Part shown: positions 9,066 through 18,716 of the stretch, piece after piece
Numbering within the stretch: position 1 is the stretch's first letter
How the letters are laid out: every line of letters starts with the position of its first letter
DNA from: Acidobacteriota bacterium
GTDB taxonomy: Bacteria > Acidobacteriota > Blastocatellia > RBC074
NCBI GenBank assembly: GCA_018268995.1
Contig: JAFDVL010000046.1
Location: 117,715-181,714 of the forward strand
Direction: 5' to 3'
Length of the DNA: 64,000 bases
Notes under the pieces: model-generated
The model's input: the letters and a program-made list of their open reading frames with translations, nothing else
Told to the model about the DNA's origin: nothing
Databases searched by the model: none
Translations under genes and position numbers: made by a program

Positions 9066-10219
9066 TCTGGCTTCTCCTGCGCCCCGGGTTGCTTCGCCTG
9101 ACGTTCGGCGTTGAGCTTGTTCACAATGGCTTGCTCTCGATCTCCGTCCGCCTTGCGTCTCAGGCGATAATACACGGTTGCCAGCATCACGTGTGCCTCG
9201 ACAAAATCAGGTGCATCCTTGACCAATTGCTCAAGCTCCGGCAATGCCTCTGCGATCTTGCCCTGACCGACGCGGATGCTTTCAATGTAAAAGCGTGCAT
9301 TCGGTTCTGCCGGACGCACCAACAATGCCCGCCGAAAATATTTCAGCGCTTCATCCGGGTTTTGATCCTGCTTGAGAATGATTCCCATTTGCAGATTGGC
9401 GTCGAAATCATTCGGATTGTTTTCCAATTCCAGTCGGAATTCTTCTTTAGCTTGATCCGTGTTGCCCGTCATCGTGAGTGCTCGCCCGTAGAACGCATGC
9501 ACGGTGGGCAATTTGGGATTTAATTTTGCCGCCTCTGCCAGTTCTTTTACTGCATTGGCGTAATCGGCTGACAGCAAATGTGTCGTGCCAAGCAGCATAT
9601 GCGCTTCGGCAGAATCCCCGCCCCGCATAATTTTCTCGATTTGCTGCTGGCCTTTTTCGGCTTGTTTGTCGCGCAGCAACGCCGTGCCGAGCAGGTAGGC
9701 CAACGCTTTATCCTGCGGATATTTGGCTTCGAGTGGTGTCAGCAGTGCAATGATTTTTGGGTACTCGCCCATCTGCAAATAACAATCAGCGAGCAGCAAC
9801 GTGGCATTCGGATTTTCCGGTTGAATGGCAACAACTTTTTCAAGTTCCTGCGAAGCTAAGACGATACGCGCCGATTTGTAGTACGCGACTGCCAGATTGA
9901 ACCGGATGCCGGGATTGCGACCATCCAACAACAAGGCGCGATTGTATTGCTCGATAGCCTCCTGAAATCGCCCCAGCCGCGCCAACACCGCGCCCAGATT
10001 GGAGCGGGCATCGGTGCGCTCCGGGCGTTCGGCCAGAAAAGCCTGATATTCCTTGATAGCATTTTCCAAATCGCCTGCCTGATGAAGCTGAACGGCGCGC
10101 GCAAAAATTCGGTCGGGATTGTTCGTTGCTTGTTTAGCTGGTTGTGCCCAGATCGTAAATCCGGCGATCAACCACCAGCCACACAGTGCAACCATCGTCT
10201 GAATCTTTCGCTTCTCCAT
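9062..10219 (-). CDS. TPR repeat protein, secreted or periplasmic
   Basis: The ORF track extends to 10291, but the internal ATG at 10219 (MEKRKIQTMVALCGWWLIAGFTIWAQP, a signal peptide) is preceded by GAGGAAG. Many TPR units follow (NAIKEYQAFLAERPERTDARSNLGAVLARLGRFQEAIEQYNRALLLD and others). Confidence 0.7.
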   Translation of the reverse strand: MEKRKIQTMVALCGWWLIAGFTIWAQPAKQATNNPDRIFARAVQLHQAGDLENAIKEYQAFLAERPERTDARSNLGAVLARLGRFQEAIEQYNRALLLDGRNPGIRFNLAVAYYKSARIVLASQELEKVVAIQPENPNATLLLADCYLQMGEYPKIIALLTPLEAKYPQDKALAYLLGTALLRDKQAEKGQQQIEKIMRGGDSAEAHMLLGTTHLLSADYANAVKELAEAAKLNPKLPTVHAFYGRALTMTGNTDQAKEEFRLELENNPNDFDANLQMGIILKQDQNPDEALKYFRRALLVRPAEPNARFYIESIRVGQGKIAEALPELEQLVKDAPDFVEAHVMLATVYYRLRRKADGDREQAIVNKLNAERQAKQPGAQEKPE

Positions 10220-10278
10220 GAATACTACTTCCTCACGAATTTTTGCTTTTTGAATCGTTCCTATAGTGACGAAAAAAG

Positions 10279-10306
10279 AGGGCGCTGACAAGCAGCGCCC
10301 TTTTTT
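10279..10306. terminator. Bidirectional rho-independent terminator hairpin between the TonB receptor and the TPR operon
   Basis: GGGCGCTG-acaag-CAGCGCCC, flanked by an A-run upstream and a T-run downstream on the + strand. On the minus strand the same stem is followed by TCTTTTTTCG, 24 nt after the TonB receptor stop. Confidence 0.5.
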
Positions 10307-10329
10307 GATGCGAGGAAATTACTTTGGGA

Positions 10330-13300
10330 TTAGAAGGTAAACCTTACACCCAAGTTGATGATGCGACGCCCGAATTTGTTGTTTGTCCAGCGCGCAAAGT
10401 TTGTTTGCGTTGCTGCTGTTGGAACAAATTTCGGACTGGCAGAATTTGCGTTCTGCGTCTCAAACTGTAAGTTCAGATTTTCGTCTTGCAACGACTTGAG
10501 CGGGTGATTCAAGACGTTGTTCGCTGAAGCTCTGAATTGCAGCTTCTTGGACTCAGAGATCGAAAATGTCTTCGCCAGGGTAAGGTCGTGGTTATTGTAC
10601 GCCGGCCCCTTCAGATACGGGAAAATATACACACCCGATTGTCCTTGTGCCGGGGGCGCAAAGCAGTTCAGATTTGCATATTGGTTCTCGCTTAATCCCT
10701 TGCGTGGATCGCAGGTCAGGATTGGCTGAGCGGATGTATCCGTTGTGCCAAGCACTGAACCTACGTTGCCGGGGTTGTAGATGGTGACCAATTCAGTCGC
10801 CGGTTTACCCGTACACAACGAAGCTGTGGCCGGATTCCTGGAGGCATATTCACAGGTTTGCTGTAACGCTCCGCTTAAACGGAAGTTGACGTTGCTGGCT
10901 TGGATGGGATAGCCGCTGGCGAACTGTGTGATGCCTGATAATAACCAGCCATCCAAAATTCCACGCGCGACCTTGCTGTCTGTTTTCATCAACTCCTGCG
11001 CAAACTTGGGCAATTCGACGGTGTACGCGATATTGAAAACATGCGTACGGTCATATCCCAGAATGCCGTAGGTGTGGCCACGTAAATCAAGTGCATCTGC
11101 CTGTGCTCCCTGATTGCTACCGTTGCGAATGCCTAATGCTTTCGAGAAGGTGTAGGAACCCAGGAAGTTGATCTTGCCAATCTGGCGGCTTAAGACCGCT
11201 TGCATCGAATTGTAGTTTTGGTAGGCAATGTGATTCACCACATTGACCGTTCCAAATCCCTGATAGGGTCTGAACGCATCGCAGTTTCCGCCTGCCAGAG
11301 CGGCGGTGCGGCATCCTGCGGTGCCCAGCGGAACCAGATTCGCATTGCGTGTGAATAACTGATCCCGGCTACGATTGCCGACATACGCAACTTCCAGATT
11401 CAATGATGCTGGCAACCGTTGTTGAATCGTAAAGCTGTAGCTATCCACGTACGGTTGTTTATCGTCATTGCGATCCAGGACTTCAAAGCTGGTAATCAAA
11501 TCAGCAGCAGCGCGTGCGGCGGCTTCATTAGCATACTTCGCATTGATTGCACTGAATGTGGTCGAGCCTGTGCTGCCCACGCGACGAACGCCTGCCGCAA
11601 TGTCCAACCCACTGGTGAGCTGAGCATCGTGGAAATACGAACGTCCGTAGCCACCACGTAGCACCGTCTTGCCATTGCCGAAGAGGTCATAGGCGAAACC
11701 TAAACGTGGAGCCGCAAAAAGCGGTTTGGTTGGCGCACCGGAAAGCGGAACACTGCTGTCAATCTTGTTCCATAAGACTCCCGGCAATTTGCCTTGCGCG
11801 GCGGCGGCGGCATTGAATTTTGTCGAATCAAAAACGGCAAATCCGTTTCCTTGACGGTCGTACCATTTGCCAAGGTGATAGAAGCGTGCGCCTAAGTCCA
11901 ACGTCAGACGACGATTTACTTTCCAGTTATCTGAACCGTAAAACTCGAAGGTATTGAACCCAATGTTGCGCAGCGTGTTCTTGGTGGATTCCTGATAATC
12001 GCCCAGCCGTCCGAGCAGCAGGTCAGCCATCGCATTCCCGCTGGTGTTGCCGTGCCAGGTTGAGAACACTGCGAAACCATTTGACCAGTCGTTACCGGGC
12101 TGGTTGTTCACCACGTGTTCGTAGTAGCCGCCAAATTTCAAGGTGTGGGTGCCTTGTACTTTGGTCAGGTTATCTGAAAAGTTGGCCAAGTGCTTGGTTG
12201 CAAACAGAATCGGATCGAAGCCGCCGGGGTTAATCATTTGTGCGCCTTCGCCCCATGCCAGGCTGACCGCAGGAATGAGGTCGAGTCCGTTTTTCAATAG
12301 CCCTTGGAACGGAATGCCCAGCGCTTTCTTAGAAACCTTGGTGGAATCCTCAAACTGATTGGGGAAGTCAATGAAGCTATACCCAAACACGACTTCATTC
12401 GTCAGTGTCGGCGTAAAAACTTTCGTCAAGCTGGCACTGACAGAATCCGAACGGTTCGGGGCCACCACCGGAGTCGGGTAGGGCACCTGACTCCCATTGC
12501 GCCACCATAACCCAATTGGGAAAGGTTGCACTTCGGTTTGCAGGTTATAGCGCGCATAAAACTTCGTGCTTTCGCTAATATTGTAATCAATACGCGTCAG
12601 CGTTTGCTTCATGTTTTGATCCAGGGTCAAAGCCTGAAGGTAGTTGTATCCGTTATTAGCGCTGGGATCAGCGTTAGGCAAGGGAAGCAGACCCATGAGG
12701 ATTTTGCCTGTTGGATCAATCGCACTGGAAGCAATTTTCCCGCCTGTGATCAGACCGGCTAAGCCGTTATCTGTGGTAGCTGCGGGAACGGCGTTAATCT
12801 GACTGGAAACCAGTTTTGACAGATAAGTCGCGTCACTGAAATCACCGGTACGCATGGCCGCCGTTGGCACACGCGAACGGATAATGCCTGTGTCCAGGCG
12901 TTGCTTCATGTATTCAAACCCGACGAAGAAGAAGAGTTTGTCGCGATTTTTGTTGAAATCTGTCCAGGGCAGTACAACCGGGCCGCCGATGTTTCCGCCA
13001 GGAAACGCATAGAAGTTTTCCGGGCGAGTGAGGCTAGCCTTGTTAAATGACCAGTCATTTGAATTTAATTTGTAGCTACGGAAATAGCTGTAAGCCGCGC
13101 CGTGAAATTCTTTACCGCCAGCTTTACTGATGAAGTTGATGACCACCGGGCCTTTGGAAACATCCGCACCGAAGTTTGAGGTCGAAACCTTGAACTCTTC
13201 GATCATATCCGGGTTCGGATTGATCGGCGTAGCGCAGTTGCAACCGGGGTCAGAAATGTGAGCACCGTCTGCGACGATGTCGAGCGCTTCGGCGCGCGTT

Positions 13301-13917
13301 CCGTTGGCCGAGAAGTTGCCAATCGGGCTTTGCTTACCGCCATCGCCGTTGCCGTTGATGCCGATAGCTTCGCCGCTGTAACCGGGTTTGTTGTCCAGCC
13401 CCGTGATTGGCGTGAAGCCCGGAAGCGCTTTGATTAGCTCCCCGGCATTGCGTCCGACCAGCGACAAGTTTTGAATCTGTTTGTTTGTCAGGGTCAGTTC
13501 TTTGGCTCCATTATCAACTGGAGCCAGGTTTTCAGGCGTTGCACTAACGTCTACGGAACCAGCAATAGCTGTGGCCCCAAGGACAATATCTGAAACGCTG
13601 CGACGGTCGCCCGCGCTCACGCGAATGCCCGTGCGTGTCCATTTTGCGAACCCGTCGGCTTCGATGGTCACCGTGTATTCACCGGTCGGAACCGAGGCAA
13701 ATGCAAATAAGCCATCCGCGTTACTGACGGTACGTCGCACGTCACCTGATAGTTGATTGGTCAATGTCACTTTTGCATTCGGAATAATTGCGCCTGTCTG
13801 GTCTGCAATTACTCCCGAAAGCTGACCGGTCAACGTTTGTGCGAACACCGTGCCGGTCAAGGCTAATGCGAATAGTACACAGGAAAACCACCCTCCTGCG
13901 CGTATCGCTCGTTTCAT
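10330..13917 (-). CDS. TonB-dependent outer-membrane receptor with N-terminal carboxypeptidase-regulatory-like domain
   Basis: The ATG at 13917 is preceded by GGAGG (the ORF track starts earlier, at 13989). The sequence MKRAIRAGGWFSCVLFALALTGTVFAQTLTGQLSGVIADQTGAIIPNAKVTLTN...DGLFAFASVPTGEYTVTIEADGF is a CarbD domain. The protein is ~1195 aa and ends in the beta-barrel terminal motif ...NLGVRFTF. Confidence 0.85.
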   Translation of the reverse strand: MKRAIRAGGWFSCVLFALALTGTVFAQTLTGQLSGVIADQTGAIIPNAKVTLTNQLSGDVRRTVSNADGLFAFASVPTGEYTVTIEADGFAKWTRTGIRVSAGDRRSVSDIVLGATAIAGSVDVSATPENLAPVDNGAKELTLTNKQIQNLSLVGRNAGELIKALPGFTPITGLDNKPGYSGEAIGINGNGDGGKQSPIGNFSANGTRAEALDIVADGAHISDPGCNCATPINPNPDMIEEFKVSTSNFGADVSKGPVVINFISKAGGKEFHGAAYSYFRSYKLNSNDWSFNKASLTRPENFYAFPGGNIGGPVVLPWTDFNKNRDKLFFFVGFEYMKQRLDTGIIRSRVPTAAMRTGDFSDATYLSKLVSSQINAVPAATTDNGLAGLITGGKIASSAIDPTGKILMGLLPLPNADPSANNGYNYLQALTLDQNMKQTLTRIDYNISESTKFYARYNLQTEVQPFPIGLWWRNGSQVPYPTPVVAPNRSDSVSASLTKVFTPTLTNEVVFGYSFIDFPNQFEDSTKVSKKALGIPFQGLLKNGLDLIPAVSLAWGEGAQMINPGGFDPILFATKHLANFSDNLTKVQGTHTLKFGGYYEHVVNNQPGNDWSNGFAVFSTWHGNTSGNAMADLLLGRLGDYQESTKNTLRNIGFNTFEFYGSDNWKVNRRLTLDLGARFYHLGKWYDRQGNGFAVFDSTKFNAAAAAQGKLPGVLWNKIDSSVPLSGAPTKPLFAAPRLGFAYDLFGNGKTVLRGGYGRSYFHDAQLTSGLDIAAGVRRVGSTGSTTFSAINAKYANEAAARAAADLITSFEVLDRNDDKQPYVDSYSFTIQQRLPASLNLEVAYVGNRSRDQLFTRNANLVPLGTAGCRTAALAGGNCDAFRPYQGFGTVNVVNHIAYQNYNSMQAVLSRQIGKINFLGSYTFSKALGIRNGSNQGAQADALDLRGHTYGILGYDRTHVFNIAYTVELPKFAQELMKTDSKVARGILDGWLLSGITQFASGYPIQASNVNFRLSGALQQTCEYASRNPATASLCTGKPATELVTIYNPGNVGSVLGTTDTSAQPILTCDPRKGLSENQYANLNCFAPPAQGQSGVYIFPYLKGPAYNNHDLTLAKTFSISESKKLQFRASANNVLNHPLKSLQDENLNLQFETQNANSASPKFVPTAATQTNFARWTNNKFGRRIINLGVRFTF

Positions 13918-14394
13918 AAAAATCCTCCTGGGTTGAGGGAAATTCCTATCGGCTTTAACTTGATAGGCTGTTAATTCATCAAGCTTCAAATATAAAGCAA
14001 CGCATACCGTTTACCTTATATCCGTGAAGCAAAAGCAAATGCCTTTTTAAGACAATGCCCGTAAGGAGCGTCTATTTAAAAGCAACGAGATTCCCAGCAA
14101 GAAGCGATTGATTTATAAACTTGGCTTATTTGGTTTATTTGATTGATGATTCGATGCCATCATTTTGCGGGCGCATAATATGACAGCCGATGAGGTTAGT
14201 CAACCTGTTGGTGGGTGGTAAGGTCAAACTAAAGTTGGATATTCTGCCGTCGCCAGATGATCGGGTTTTTAATAAGTGTGCATATGTAGGAAGCGGTTAT
14301 CAATCTCTAGATTTGTTACAGCAATCAGGCGTAGTAGTGATTCCGAATCACGACCGATATTTCGATGTCACGCCCCATTGATTGCATCCGTGAG

Positions 14395-15216
14395 CTATTT
14401 CAGTCCGCCGGTTGCAATACCTTTGATAAATTGTTTCTGTCCCAGAAAAAACAGCAAAATGCTCGGTACTGTCACAAACACGACCGCCGCCATGAGCAAC
14501 GCATAATCCACTTTGAACTGTTCCTGAAACACTGTCAGCCCAAGCTGTACCGTGCGCATGCTTTTGGTACTGGTGAAGACCAGTGGCTTAAAGAGATCAT
14601 TCCATTCCGCAATAAAGGTAAACAAAAACAGGGTCGTGATCGCAGGCTTTGCCAAAGGCACCAAAATCTTCCACAGCACTGTCCAACGGCTTGCGCCATC
14701 AATGTACGCGGCTTCTTCAAGTTCGTAGGGAATCGTTTGGAAAAACTGCGTGAACAGAAAAATCCCAAAGGCATTTGCCAGCGACGGGATAATCAACGCC
14801 CAATACGTGTTGATCCACGACAGTTTGACCAGAATGATAAAAACAGGAATCACCAGAATTTGAAACGGAATGACCAGCGTCGCCAGCAACGCCACAAACA
14901 GCGGTTTCTTGCCTGTAAATTCCATTCGCGCAAACGCGTAACCCGCCATCAGGGACGTGATAATTTGTCCTGCCGTCACACCCAATGCCATCACCAGCGA
15001 ATTGATAAATTGGCGCGGAAAATTCGTCGCCCGCCATGCTTCAATATAGTTTTGCCAATGAAACGAATCTGGCCACAGAGAAAACCCCGCTGCCGCTTTG
15101 GCTGGATCACGCAACGAAGTCACCAGCATCGCCAGCAACGGCAAGGCAAAAATCAGCGTCACGAATAAGGCCAGCGCATAATGAAAATAAGCTTTCTGCT
15201 TGCTTTCTGTGGTCAT
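14395..15216 (-). CDS. Carbohydrate ABC transporter permease (MalG-like)
   Basis: The internal ATG at 15216 is preceded by GAGGGAG, whereas the upstream extension in the ORF track reads as low-complexity junk. The protein has six transmembrane segments and the EAA motif region (ELEEAAYIDGASRWTVLWKILVP). Confidence 0.85.
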   Translation of the reverse strand: MTTESKQKAYFHYALALFVTLIFALPLLAMLVTSLRDPAKAAAGFSLWPDSFHWQNYIEAWRATNFPRQFINSLVMALGVTAGQIITSLMAGYAFARMEFTGKKPLFVALLATLVIPFQILVIPVFIILVKLSWINTYWALIIPSLANAFGIFLFTQFFQTIPYELEEAAYIDGASRWTVLWKILVPLAKPAITTLFLFTFIAEWNDLFKPLVFTSTKSMRTVQLGLTVFQEQFKVDYALLMAAVVFVTVPSILLFFLGQKQFIKGIATGGLK

Positions 15217-15245
15217 CTCAACTCCCTCAAACCCGAAACTCGAAA

Positions 15246-16112
15246 CTAAACTTCCTTCTGCCCCCGAAATTGCAGCCACGTAATGAGCAGCACGATGCCG
15301 ACCATCAGCGTCGAAATTGCCGCAGCCTGTCCCATATTGCCGAACTTGAACGCTTTGTCGAAGATGTAATACACCAGCGTTGTCGTTGATCCGACTGGCC
15401 CGCCGCGCGTCATCACGAACATTTGCTCGAACGAGCGAAAGGCAAAGATGCTCGAAATCACCAGCACAAAAAACGTGGTCGGCCAGAGCAGTGGCCAGGT
15501 AATGTGACGAAATGTTTGCCATCCGCGTCGCGCGCCATCAATCGAAGCCGCTTCGTAATACATTTCCGGGATACCTTGCAGCCCTGCTAAAAACAAAATC
15601 ATGTTGTATCCCGCCTGCTTCCAAATCGTCATCACGATTACGGCCCACATGGCCCATTTGTCACTTTGCAAAAAATTAATGCGTGAGAGGCCAATTGCGT
15701 TCAGCGCCGCGTTCACCAAGCCCCGGTCATAATCCATCATCCAGATAAAAATCACGCCTGCCGCAACTGTCGAAGTCACGAACGGCGTAAAGACCGCAGT
15801 GCGAAAGAACCCTACGCCTTTGAGTTTGTCATTCAGTAATACCGCCAGCCCCAGCGACACGGCCATCCCGACCGGGACCGTTACAGCAACATAGAAAACC
15901 GTGTTGCGCAATGCCTGCCAGAAACTCTCTTCGTGCAAAATCTCCTGGTAATTCTTCAAGCCCACGAACGTCATTTGATCCTTCAAAATGTTCCATTCGT
16001 TGAGACTGACAAAAAGCAATTGCAGCAGCGGATAAAACACAAATATGCCCAGCAGCAACAGTGCAGGGAAGAGAAACAAATAGGCCGATAAATTGTCTTT
16101 GCGAGCATTCAT
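15246..16112 (-). CDS. Carbohydrate ABC transporter permease (MalF/UgpA-like)
   Basis: 288 aa. The N-terminus MNARKDNLSAYLFLFPALLLLGIFVFYPLL and the segment EAASIDGARRGWQTFRHITWPLL are typical of a sugar-permease EAA loop. Confidence 0.85.
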   Translation of the reverse strand: MNARKDNLSAYLFLFPALLLLGIFVFYPLLQLLFVSLNEWNILKDQMTFVGLKNYQEILHEESFWQALRNTVFYVAVTVPVGMAVSLGLAVLLNDKLKGVGFFRTAVFTPFVTSTVAAGVIFIWMMDYDRGLVNAALNAIGLSRINFLQSDKWAMWAVIVMTIWKQAGYNMILFLAGLQGIPEMYYEAASIDGARRGWQTFRHITWPLLWPTTFFVLVISSIFAFRSFEQMFVMTRGGPVGSTTTLVYYIFDKAFKFGNMGQAAAISTLMVGIVLLITWLQFRGQKEV

Positions 16113-16139
16113 ACTGATTCAAAAGAAAGCCTTGTGAAT

Positions 16140-16307
16140 ACGCGAAGCGCCTGGGAGCGCAGGCGTTGCGCCTGCTTACGAGCGCGTAAGCAGCTCGGCA
16201 GGCTTTACAAGGAAATTGCTTGATCCTAAGCGACTCACTCTCCACGCCTGGCGCATTGCTTCGCTCGTGCAGCAGGCGCAACGCCTGCGCTCCCAGGCGC
16301 TTCGCGT
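16140..16307. repeat. 168-bp element bounded by perfect 36-bp inverted repeats, with internal palindromes; MITE-like or a large structured RNA element
   Basis: The left arm ACGCGAAGCGCCTGGGAGCGCAGGCGTTGCGCCTGC (16140-16175) is the exact reverse complement of the right arm at 16272-16307. Between them lies a palindrome GCTTACGAGCGCGTAAGC. The element sits between the GH32 stop codon and the permease start codon. Confidence 0.6.
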
Positions 16308-16322
16308 TTTATACAAATTCAA

Positions 16323-17858
16323 TTATCTCCACGCCGATTTCAGTTGCCAGATATTGAGCGAAAGGCATTTTGTATTTGTGCCTGTGCCCTGCAATTGGAT
16401 CTGTTGCGTATTTGACGCCGGGAAAATTCGATCTGTCAGCACAACTTCGCCATCACTTCCGAAGACCTCGACCGATGAGCGATCCATGAAAACATGGAGT
16501 TTTACTTTGCCCTGTTGCGGTTGCAGCGAAGCTTCATGACGACCTGCAAACTTCGGGTCAAACTCTACTTGACCAGATTGAGTGCGATCAATAAACAGCT
16601 TGGATGTAGCGGCATCGTAGCCAATGCTTGTTACGCTGCTGCCAGCGTGCAAACGAATTGTAGCCACCGAATCTTTTTCCACGGTAAATTCGCCGCTGAT
16701 TTCTAACGCTTCGCCAGAAGCAATGAGTTGCGCTTTGCCATTCCTTAAATTGAGATTGCGTTTAGTAATCACCTCGCCGCGCAATTTACTTAATTCTGCG
16801 ATGGGTTTTTGCACCAATCGCAATCCCGCCGAAGTTTTCTTCAGCCTCAGTTCGCGTGGAATAGATTGTGCCGTGCGCCACGGCGAAGTAGGCTCTTTTC
16901 CTGCGTACTGCCAATTGCTCATCCAGCCCAGTAAAATGCGGCGTCCGTCTATTTTCGGAAGATCAGAAAACGAAACAGCAGCGTAAAAATCCTTGCCGTA
17001 ATCCACAAATAATTTCGTGTCTGCCAGATTGTCGTTCGTGAACGTTTTGCCGTCGAAATTGCCGACGAAATATTGTCCGCCCGAACCACCTGCAATACCG
17101 CCAGGATTGATGTTGACGATCAGCACCCAACGCTTTTTGGCCGGTTGTCCTTCGATGGGCAATTCAAATAAATCGGGGCATTCCCACAGCACTTCTTTGC
17201 CCGTAACTCCGGCAGGGCCGAATTCACTGAGCAATTCCCATTTCTTCAAATCCTGCGAACTGTAAAAGCGTGCTTTTTGTTCTTTCGACAGCACGACGAC
17301 CATCACCCAATGCTTCGTCGCTTCGTGCCAGAACACTTTCGGATCGCGGAAATCTTTGTCGCCAATATCAATCACCGGATTGCCTGCAAATTTTGTCCAG
17401 GTGCGCCCGCGATCATTGCTGACGGCGATGTGTTGCGACTGATTTGTGTTGGTGTGTCCGGTATAAATCGCAATCAAGCACGATTTGTCTTTTGGGTCGG
17501 AGCTTTTACAAAGCCCGCTTGTGTTGTTCCAATCCACCACTGCGCTGCCCGAAAAAATCATTACGCCGTTCTCTTCGGCCAGCGCGACGGGCAAATGTTT
17601 CCAATGCACCAAATCTGTGCTGACCGCGTGTCCCCAGCTCATGTGCCCCCACGAATTGCCGAACGGGTTGTACTGATAAAACAAATGGTACTCGCCCTTG
17701 TAATACACCAAGCCGTTTGGATCGTTCATCCAGTTCTTTTCGGGCGTGAAGTGGAATTGCGGGCGATATGGTTCTTGGTAAGAGTCGCCTTGCGGCTGTG
17801 CTTCCAGCGTTATCGAAAGCAATAGGAGCAACGTTATAAGCCAAGCTGAATGCAGCAT
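16323..17858 (-). CDS. Glycoside hydrolase family 32 (beta-fructofuranosidase/levanase/inulinase type), secreted
   Basis: GH32 motifs are present: WMNDPNG (the nucleophile box), RDPKV and WECPD. Starting at the ATG at 17858 gives a signal peptide MLHSAWLITLLLLLSITLEAQ. The ORF track starts at 17933 and overlaps the PIN gene. Confidence 0.85.
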   Translation of the reverse strand: MLHSAWLITLLLLLSITLEAQPQGDSYQEPYRPQFHFTPEKNWMNDPNGLVYYKGEYHLFYQYNPFGNSWGHMSWGHAVSTDLVHWKHLPVALAEENGVMIFSGSAVVDWNNTSGLCKSSDPKDKSCLIAIYTGHTNTNQSQHIAVSNDRGRTWTKFAGNPVIDIGDKDFRDPKVFWHEATKHWVMVVVLSKEQKARFYSSQDLKKWELLSEFGPAGVTGKEVLWECPDLFELPIEGQPAKKRWVLIVNINPGGIAGGSGGQYFVGNFDGKTFTNDNLADTKLFVDYGKDFYAAVSFSDLPKIDGRRILLGWMSNWQYAGKEPTSPWRTAQSIPRELRLKKTSAGLRLVQKPIAELSKLRGEVITKRNLNLRNGKAQLIASGEALEISGEFTVEKDSVATIRLHAGSSVTSIGYDAATSKLFIDRTQSGQVEFDPKFAGRHEASLQPQQGKVKLHVFMDRSSVEVFGSDGEVVLTDRIFPASNTQQIQLQGTGTNTKCLSLNIWQLKSAWR

Positions 17859-17886
17859 GATAGAGTCTTTTAAAGGAACGGCAACC

Positions 17887-18375
17887 TTACTCGCCGACAC
17901 TTTGGCACGCCTGTTGATAAAGCTTCGCGTCAATAAAAATACCTACTGCTAGCAACGCGTCGAGTTGAGGACGCACCAGGGGAATAATTCCAGTTTGTTT
18001 AGCGGCAAGAAGTACGCCGACCATTCCTGTAATTTTCAGTTGTTGTTGTCGCGCATATTTCCGCGCTGCAGAATCATCAAGCAGTAGCAAATCCGCTCCG
18101 ATCTCTTGTGCCAACACAATGGCTTCACTTTCTCCTTCATCCAAGCCAATCACATTCATCAAGAATGTTTTATCATCGAAATTGTGAATGGCTTGAGTTT
18201 GAATCCACGAAGCATTGGCGACATCTTGCGATCCAACTTTTCCCGCACCTTCAATCACGACTTTTTGATAGACAGCTTGCGGAATGAATACGCTGGTATA
18301 GATTTGCCGCAGCCAGTCCAGCCCACCAATCGCAGAGAGGCCAATCAATGCTGTGGAATCTGAAACAACAATCAC
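17887..18375 (-). CDS. PIN-domain protein, DUF3368-like; putative toxin of a type II TA pair
   Basis: 162 aa. It reads MIVVSDSTALIGLSAIGGLDWL...LLLLDDSAARKYAR, with acidic residues consistent with a PIN fold. It is paired with an upstream small ORF, with a 2-nt gap between them. Confidence 0.65.
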   Translation of the reverse strand: MIVVSDSTALIGLSAIGGLDWLRQIYTSVFIPQAVYQKVVIEGAGKVGSQDVANASWIQTQAIHNFDDKTFLMNVIGLDEGESEAIVLAQEIGADLLLLDDSAARKYARQQQLKITGMVGVLLAAKQTGIIPLVRPQLDALLAVGIFIDAKLYQQACQSVGE

Positions 18376-18377
18376 GA

Positions 18378-18674
18378 TTATTTTCCCGGTTGTTTATTGA
18401 TCTTGGCGGCACTTATCGCTGCTTCTAAATCCGCTTCTAACTCGCCTTGTTCATAGCGAAAAATCGAGACCTGATGTTTGCCTAGAAACTGCATGAAATC
18501 GTGAATAGACATCCCCATCATCTTTGCGCCTCTGCCAGTGGAAAGCTTGCCTTCCTGATATAAACGCAAAACTGTTTGTTCTTTGATGACTTGTTGTGCG
18601 GTCGCTAAATATTCCTGCTCGAACGGCGTGCCTACAAACTCATCGGGGATTGTTAATTCAATAGTTTTACTCAT
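18378..18674 (-). CDS. UPF0175-family putative antitoxin, the partner of the PIN protein
   Basis: Start taken at the internal ATG at 18674 (MSKTIELTIPDEF...). The segment SIHDFMQFLGKHQVSIFRYEQGELEADLE is typical of UPF0175 proteins, which are encoded upstream of DUF3368 PIN genes. Confidence 0.55.
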   Translation of the reverse strand: MSKTIELTIPDEFVGTPFEQEYLATAQQVIKEQTVLRLYQEGKLSTGRGAKMMGMSIHDFMQFLGKHQVSIFRYEQGELEADLEAAISAAKINKQPGK

Positions 18675-18716
18675 AATTGCATACTCCTCGAAAGATACTC
18701 GTGGATTATAACGCAA

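Noticed and set aside
13990-14394. 63-aa ORF (14190-14381) in the AT-rich gap upstream of the TonB receptor
   Set aside because: Short, with no RBS and no recognisable features. The region is more plausibly the promoter or leader of the TonB receptor gene.
14365-15168. 267-aa + strand ORF rich in R/Q/H/K
   Set aside because: Low-complexity, basic, repetitive translation that lies antisense to the well-supported ABC permease gene.
17277-17825. 182-aa + strand ORF
   Set aside because: Antisense within the GH32 gene, which is supported by the WMNDPNG, RDPKV and WECPD motifs.
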